Source of the DNA: Bacillus sp. OV322
GTDB lineage: Bacteria > Bacillota > Bacilli > Bacillales > DSM-1321
Assembly (NCBI RefSeq): GCF_900112495.1
Contig: NZ_FOMA01000003.1
Coordinates: 123,510-147,509 of the forward strand
Direction: 5' to 3'
Length of the DNA: 24,000 nucleotides
Shown here in pieces: positions 17,726 to 24,000 of the stretch. How positions within the stretch are numbered: the stretch's first letter is position 1; the number at the start of each line of letters is the position of its first letter. The position numbers and the translations under genes were made by a program. The notes under the pieces were generated by a model. That model was given only the letters and a program-made list of their open reading frames with translations. It made no database searches and was not told the origin of the DNA.

Positions 17726-19891
17726 TTGGGCGGGTTTCAGCGGTTTGTGAAGAGAATGAGGGTGCTGATGGACAGCCGGTCATTTCAATTGCTGCTGTTT
17801 GTGGTATTAGGCGTGTTTTCCTATTTAATGATGTATACGAATGTTAAGCCGGAGAAAGTCCATATAGAGCTCTTTAAGCCAGCGGAGCAAACGATCCGGG
17901 CTACCAAGACGGTTGAGGATCCCGTGAAGACGAAGGAACAGGTCGAGGACAGTATTAAGCAGGTTTCAGATATATATACTCTGAAAAAGGAATATGCCCA
18001 AAATAAAGTGGATTTAATATCCTCTATTTTTGATTCGGCTCTTGAGGTCCAAAAAGAAACCGCTCCTTCTCTAAGTGCGGATAAAGCGAATCAGGACGGC
18101 TCCAAGACATCTCCTGTGAAAACAGTGCAGGAAAAGGTTTCGCTTCTGAAGAGCAAGCTGACAGATGAAGTTAATAAGGACATACCGGATCAGGTGTTTG
18201 AAGCACTGGCCAATGCGGATGCGACTGAGCTTAATATTGCGAAGGACTCTGTAATAACTGCGGTCAACAAGGTTATGAACTCCAGGGTCACCGCTGTAGA
18301 TGTGGAGATGGCGCGCAACAAGGCTGAACAGGAACTGCGATCGTCCAGTTTACATACAGATATGAGAGAAGCGGCCACTACGCTTGCACGATCTGCGATC
18401 ATTCAAAATGTTTTTTATGATAAAGACAAGACAGAAGAGCAAAGAAAAATTGCGCAGGAAAATGTGGATCCCGTAAGGATTCTGCAGGGGCAGATCATTG
18501 TCGAGGAAGGCCAGCTGATAGACCGTGAAATATACAGGCAGCTGGAACTTGCCGGCTTTCTCAGCACGGATAAAACGATTCTGCCTTTTGTCGGACTGTT
18601 TTTATTTATCTTCTTGATTTTAAGCACTTTTTATTATTATGTAAAATCATCCAAAACTGAGGGAGAGCATAGAAATAATCAGCTGCTCATATTTAGCCTT
18701 GTTTATGTGCTGGCATTGTCTCTAATGAAAATCATCAGCCTGTTTACAGGCTTTAGATTTACGGATCTTGGCTACTTTTTTCCGGCAGCCATGTCCGCAA
18801 TGCTCATTAAAACCCTCTTGAATGACCGCTTTGGAGTGGCCATTTCCATTATCATTGGTGCATATGGCACATTGATCTTTAATGGAGATTCCCCGGGGAA
18901 TATGGATTTTGCAAAAGGGATGTACTTTTTATTCAGCGGGATTGCGGCAATCATCATCCTTTCAAGGAAAAACTTTAAGACAAAAATCCTTCAGGCAGGA
19001 TTACTGCTGGCGCTTGTGAATATTGTTTTGGTTTTTTCTCTTTTGTTCATAACGGACGGGCATTATACTAAGATGGAATATCTGTTTTATACTATTGCTG
19101 CCATCGTGTCGGGATTGGCATCCTCGGTATTGACAATAGGTCTCCTGCCGTTTTTTGAGCTGGGCTTTGGGTTTTTGTCATCCATGAAGCTGATTGAGCT
19201 TTCAAATCCGAATCATCCTCTGCTGCGGAAGATCCTTACCGAGGCACCGGGAACCTATCATCATAGTGTAATGGTGGCAAACCTTGCTGAGGGAGCGTGT
19301 GAGGCAATCGGGGCAAATGGTCTTCTTGCCAGAGTTGGCTGCTATTATCATGATATCGGCAAAACGAAACGGCCGCAGTTTTTTATTGAAAACCAGATGA
19401 ATATCAAAAACCCGCATGACCGGCTGCCGCCGGCAACGAGCAAAAATATTATCATCGCTCATGCCGTTGATGGAGCTCAAATGCTGTCAGCACATAAGTT
19501 CCCGCCAGAAATTATTGATATTGCTGCACAGCATCACGGGACAAGCCTGCTGAAATTTTTCTACTACAAGGCAATGAAGGAGGATGAGGGGACCATAGAA
19601 GCTGAATACCGATATCCTGGCCCAAAAGCCCAATCAAAAGAAGCGGCAGTTATCGGTATAGCAGACAGCGTGGAAGCTGCTGTGCGGTCCATGAACCATC
19701 CTACACCTGAAAAAATAGAAGAGCTTGTCATCCATATTATCGATGATCGGATACATGACCATCAATTTGATGAGTGCGATATTACTATGAAAGAATTAAA
19801 GATTGTGCAGCACTCATTATGCGAGACACTGAACGGGATCTTTCATTCAAGGATTGAGTACCCTGAACTGCAAAATTTACAAAGAAGGTGA
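17726..19891 (+). CDS. pgpH: cyclic-di-AMP phosphodiesterase PgpH (7TM receptor with HD domain, YqfF-like)
   Basis: 721 aa with a TTG start 5 nt after GGAGGTG. It has an extracellular N-domain, about 7 TM helices and an HD domain ([11 protein letters not shown]...YYHDIGK). Its position between phoH and ybeY matches B. subtilis yqfF. Confidence 0.9.
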   Translation: MGGFQRFVKRMRVLMDSRSFQLLLFVVLGVFSYLMMYTNVKPEKVHIELFKPAEQTIRATKTVEDPVKTKEQVEDSIKQVSDIYTLKKEYAQNKVDLISSIFDSALEVQKETAPSLSADKANQDGSKTSPVKTVQEKVSLLKSKLTDEVNKDIPDQVFEALANADATELNIAKDSVITAVNKVMNSRVTAVDVEMARNKAEQELRSSSLHTDMREAATTLARSAIIQNVFYDKDKTEEQRKIAQENVDPVRILQGQIIVEEGQLIDREIYRQLELAGFLSTDKTILPFVGLFLFIFLILSTFYYYVKSSKTEGEHRNNQLLIFSLVYVLALSLMKIISLFTGFRFTDLGYFFPAAMSAMLIKTLLNDRFGVAISIIIGAYGTLIFNGDSPGNMDFAKGMYFLFSGIAAIIILSRKNFKTKILQAGLLLALVNIVLVFSLLFITDGHYTKMEYLFYTIAAIVSGLASSVLTIGLLPFFELGFGFLSSMKLIELSNPNHPLLRKILTEAPGTYHHSVMVANLAEGACEAIGANGLLARVGCYYHDIGKTKRPQFFIENQMNIKNPHDRLPPATSKNIIIAHAVDGAQMLSAHKFPPEIIDIAAQHHGTSLLKFFYYKAMKEDEGTIEAEYRYPGPKAQSKEAAVIGIADSVEAAVRSMNHPTPEKIEELVIHIIDDRIHDHQFDECDITMKELKIVQHSLCETLNGIFHSRIEYPELQNLQRR

Positions 19892-19895
19892 CAAA

Positions 19896-20372
19896 ATGAT
19901 TTTAGAAATAGATTTTTTGGACGAAACCGGACAATTGGACGAAAAGTCAATTGAATTGGTTGAGAAGGTGCTGCAATTTGCGGCAGTAAAGGAAGAGATA
20001 GATAAAGGAAGCGAGCTTTCCGTTACTTTCGTGGACAATGAAAGAATCCAGGAAATTAATAAAGAATACCGGCATAAAGACTCTGCTACAGATGTAATAT
20101 CGTTTGCCCTTGAAGAAATGGGGGAGGATGAAGTCGAAATTATCGGGGGAGAAATGCCGAGAGTATTGGGGGATATTATTATCTCCATTGACAGGACAAG
20201 GGAGCAGGCGGAAGAATACGGACACACCTTTGAACGTGAACTTGGATTTCTGGCATTGCATGGATTCCTTCATCTGCTTGGCTATGATCATATGAACGAG
20301 GAAGATGAAAAACAGATGTTCACAAAACAAAGGGAAATATTAGATGCCTATGGCCTTTCCAGGGAAGCATAA
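19896..20372 (+). CDS. ybeY: rRNA maturation endoribonuclease YbeY
   Basis: The likely start is ATG 19896 (MILEIDF..), after AGAAGGTG. Zinc motif [11 protein letters not shown]. About 158 aa. Confidence 0.94.
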   Translation: MILEIDFLDETGQLDEKSIELVEKVLQFAAVKEEIDKGSELSVTFVDNERIQEINKEYRHKDSATDVISFALEEMGEDEVEIIGGEMPRVLGDIIISIDRTREQAEEYGHTFERELGFLALHGFLHLLGYDHMNEEDEKQMFTKQREILDAYGLSREA

Positions 20373-20730
20373 AAAAAGACAGCCATTATATAAAAGTTTT
20401 CTTTTTGCTTTTGAGGGAATATGGACTGCTTTAAAGTCTGAACGAAATATGAAAATTCACTTTGCAGCAGCGGCTGCAGTGTTATGCCTGGGCTTGTATG
20501 TTGAACTTTCAAAGCTGGAATGGATGCTGATTCTGATCTGTATTTTTGGCGTGATTTCTTTGGAATTGGTGAATTCTTCAATTGAGCGGGTTGTGGATCT
20601 TGCCACAAGCGAGACCCATCCGCTTGCCAAGCAGGCAAAGGACTTTGCAGCCGGCGCAGTACTGGTGTTTGCCATCTTTTCAGTCATTATCGGGTTGATC
20701 GTTTTTTTGCCAAAGCTTGTGGAATGGTGA
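20344..20730 (+). CDS. dgkA: diacylglycerol/undecaprenol kinase
   Basis: 128 aa with three TM helices and DgkA family motifs (ERN.K.H, SLEL.NS.IE..VDL, AKD.AAGAVL). It overlaps the ybeY end by 29 nt. Confidence 0.9.
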   Translation: MPMAFPGKHKKRQPLYKSFLFAFEGIWTALKSERNMKIHFAAAAAVLCLGLYVELSKLEWMLILICIFGVISLELVNSSIERVVDLATSETHPLAKQAKDFAAGAVLVFAIFSVIIGLIVFLPKLVEW

Positions 20731-20753
20731 GGAAAAAGGGTAAGATAACGGAA

Positions 20754-20773
20754 GTGTTACACTTATGTAACAC
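20754..20773 (+). terminator. hairpin after dgkA (weak terminator candidate)
   Basis: GTGTTACA-CTTA-TGTAACAC: perfect 8-bp stem followed by TATTTCC. The T-run is poor. Confidence 0.3.
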
Positions 20774-20859
20774 TATTTCCAAGACAAGGGCAGATAGGCT
20801 AAAATAAGGATATAAAACGTTGATTAAAATAGACATTCTATTATTTTTATAAAAGATGA

Positions 20860-22222
<1,363 letters not shown>

Positions 22223-22323
22223 AAATTAGCAATTTTTACGTCACATGAAAATGTGCATAAAGGCCAAGATAATCTTATAGGGCAAAATATTAAAATGCTA
22301 GTACACGAAAGGTGGGCTTTAAT

Positions 22324-22467
22324 ATGTTGGATTTTACCTGGAAGGTTTTCTCTCAGACAGGTAATGTTGACACCTATCTTCTTTTTAAAGAAATAGAGGT
22401 GGAAAGACAGGAAAGACCCGAAAGTACAGATGCAGAACTAGCAGATGCTGATTTTCCTATATTCTAG
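22324..22467 (+). CDS. yqzL: small protein YqzL
   Basis: Not in the ORF track because it is under 60 aa. The 47 aa sequence MLDFTWKVFSQTGNVDTYLLFKEIEVERQERPESTDAELADADFPIF matches B. subtilis YqzL as recalled (MLNFTW.VFSQTGNVDTYLLFKE). RBS AAAGGTGGG. It lies between era and recO as in B. subtilis. Confidence 0.85.
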   Translation: MLDFTWKVFSQTGNVDTYLLFKEIEVERQERPESTDAELADADFPIF

Positions 22468-22503
22468 ATTTTTCTTGCCATATGAATAGGATGGTGACTT
22501 GTC

Positions 22504-23256
22504 TTGCTTAAAAAGTGTGAAGGCATTGTCATACGCCGGATGGATTATGGAGAAAGCAATAAAATAATAACCTTATATACACGTGAATTAGGGAAAATCG
22601 GAGTAATGGCAAGGGGAGCCCATAAATCAACAAGCAGGCTCTCCTCTGTCACCCAGTTATTTTACTACGGTTATTTTCTTGTCCAGACATCAAGCGGGCT
22701 GGGAAGCCTTCAGCAGGGGGAAACGATTGATTCGATGAGATCGATCAGGGAAGATTTGTTTTCAACTGCGTATGCTTCATATATTGTCGAGCTGCTTGAT
22801 AAAAGCACAGACGATAAAAACCCGAATCCCTTTTTGTTTGAATTGCTCTACCAGACCCTTCATTACATAAACGAAGGCTATGATGCTGAAGTCCTCAAGT
22901 TCATTTTTGAAATGAAAATGCTGCCGGTCAACGGATTGAATCCGACCCTAAACCAATGTGCAATATGCGGGGAAACCGAAGGGGAATTTTCTTTTTCAAT
23001 CCGGGAAGGCGGTTTTATCTGCCACCGGTGCCTGGATAAAGACCCTTATCATATGAAAATTTCACAGCAAGCCCTAAAATTGCTGAGACTGTTTTATTAT
23101 TTTGATTTGTCCCGGCTCGGTAATATATCGGTTAAGCCTGAAACAAAAAAAGAGCTTGAAAAAGTCATAGATGCCTATTATGAAGAATACTCAGGCATCC
23201 ACCTTAAATCCAAAAGGTTTTTAAAACAAATGGACAACATGAAAGACATGTTTTAA
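22504..23256 (+). CDS. recO: DNA repair protein RecO
   Basis: 250 aa with a TTG start. [34 protein letters not shown], the zinc motif C..C...C..C, and [14 protein letters not shown] are close to B. subtilis RecO. Confidence 0.95.
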   Translation: MLKKCEGIVIRRMDYGESNKIITLYTRELGKIGVMARGAHKSTSRLSSVTQLFYYGYFLVQTSSGLGSLQQGETIDSMRSIREDLFSTAYASYIVELLDKSTDDKNPNPFLFELLYQTLHYINEGYDAEVLKFIFEMKMLPVNGLNPTLNQCAICGETEGEFSFSIREGGFICHRCLDKDPYHMKISQQALKLLRLFYYFDLSRLGNISVKPETKKELEKVIDAYYEEYSGIHLKSKRFLKQMDNMKDMF

Positions 23257-23272
23257 AAGTTGGACCCTGCAG

Positions 23273-23301
23273 TTGACAATAGCTCATACATTCGTTAAAA
23301 T
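23273..23301 (+). promoter_or_regulatory. sigma-A promoter of glyQS
   Basis: Consensus TTGACA (23273-23278), 17-nt spacer, TAAAAT (23296-23301). Confidence 0.75.
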
Positions 23302-23307
23302 TTTCAG

Positions 23308-23528
23308 TACTGATAGTTAAGCTGCGTTGATGGAAAGTAGTACCTGATTCCCTCCATAATAGCGAACCCGGGACCGTGCAAGCCGGGGTATGGATAATCA
23401 GCGAAGGCATTCCGGAGCATTTCGTGCTGCATATTGCAGAAAAGAGGCCGTGACTTCACGGCAAATAGGGTGGAACCGCGGGTAACTCTCGTCCCTATGC
23501 TTACAAGGCATAGTGGCGGGAGTTTTTT
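23308..23528 (+). promoter_or_regulatory. T-box riboswitch leader, glycine-specific (GGC specifier)
   Basis: The stem I start carries a GA motif (GCGTTGATGGAAAGTAGTA). The specifier context is GAA-GGC-A, with GGC at 23406-23408. T-box sequence AAATAGGGTGGAACCGCG lies at 23463-23480, and its UGGA fits the U73 discriminator of tRNA-Gly. The terminator helix at 23486-23522 is followed by TTTTTT. Confidence 0.9.
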
Positions 23529-23578
23529 GTGTTTTCTGCCATTTGCCTTAAGAAGTGCAAATAATTTGGAGGTGCATG

Positions 23579-24000
23579 ATGAATATTCAAAACATGATTT
23601 TAACTTTGCAAAAGCATTGGTCTGAACAAGGATGCATCCTGATGCAGGCATACGATGTAGAAAAAGGGGCAGGCACAATGAGCCCGTATACGTTTCTGCG
23701 TGCAATTGGGCCAGAACCATGGAGTGTTGCTTATGTAGAGCCTTCCAGGCGCCCTGCTGACGGACGTTACGGGGAAAACCCGAACCGCTTGTATCAGCAT
23801 CACCAGTTCCAGGTAATCATGAAGCCGTCGCCCGACAACATTCAGGAGCTATATTTGGAATCCCTGCGTGCCCTTGGGATTGATCCGCTTAAACATGACA
23901 TCCGTTTTGTTGAAGATAACTGGGAAAATCCTTCACTTGGCTGTGCTGGCCTCGGCTGGGAAGTTTGGCTTGATGGAATGGAAATTACCCAATTCACTTA
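23579..24000 (+). CDS. glyQ: glycine--tRNA ligase alpha subunit, 5' part (continues beyond the window)
   Basis: Not in the ORF track because there is no stop in the window. The sequence [70 protein letters not shown] is nearly identical to B. subtilis GlyQ as recalled. RBS GGAGGTG lies 5 nt upstream. Confidence 0.95.
   Translation, partial: MNIQNMILTLQKHWSEQGCILMQAYDVEKGAGTMSPYTFLRAIGPEPWSVAYVEPSRRPADGRYGENPNRLYQHHQFQVIMKPSPDNIQELYLESLRALGIDPLKHDIRFVEDNWENPSLGCAGLGWEVWLDGMEITQFT

Noticed and set aside
17553-17750. 65-aa ORF in the phoH-pgpH spacer
   Set aside because: It spans the R2 repeat and runs into the pgpH start. It has no RBS, and its translation is dictated by the repeat sequence.
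23304-23803. Minus-strand ORFs of 138 aa and 67 aa, and a plus-strand ORF of 63 aa, around 23.3-23.8 kb
   Set aside because: They overlap the glycine T-box leader and the glyQ coding sequence, both identified with high confidence. They are shadow frames.

Overview
This is a Bacillaceae housekeeping region, almost fully colinear with the Bacillus subtilis yqe-yqf segment. Identifications come from reading the translated ORFs and recalling family motifs; no database search was possible.

Gene order: (hrcA 3' end?)-grpE-dnaK-dnaJ-prmA-rsmE-mtaB | deoC | yqeW(-) | rpsU-yqeY | structured repeat plus decayed IS200/IS605 element (tnpA relic, tnpB) | nfeD(yqeZ)-floA(yqfA)-yqfB | yqfC-yqfD | phoH-pgpH(yqfF)-ybeY-dgkA | cdd-era | yqzL | recO | glycine T-box leader and the 5' part of glyQ.

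Two genes are missing from the ORF track. yqzL is too short, and glyQ runs off the window end.

Only three parts are not ordinary core genome:
- A monocistronic deoC insertion with a palindromic operator-like site.
- A roughly 250 bp GC-rich structured repeat at 10040-10290. It carries four covarying hairpins that each present CAGGA(T/C)G with GGA in the loop, resembling a CsrB-type CsrA-binding module. A shorter relative lies at 17568-17710.
- An immobilised IS200/IS605 copy whose tnpA is destroyed while tnpB is open except for one early TAG.

The repeat family is the best candidate for something undescribed. Evidence that it is an independent sRNA is incomplete, because I found no convincing promoter or terminator.
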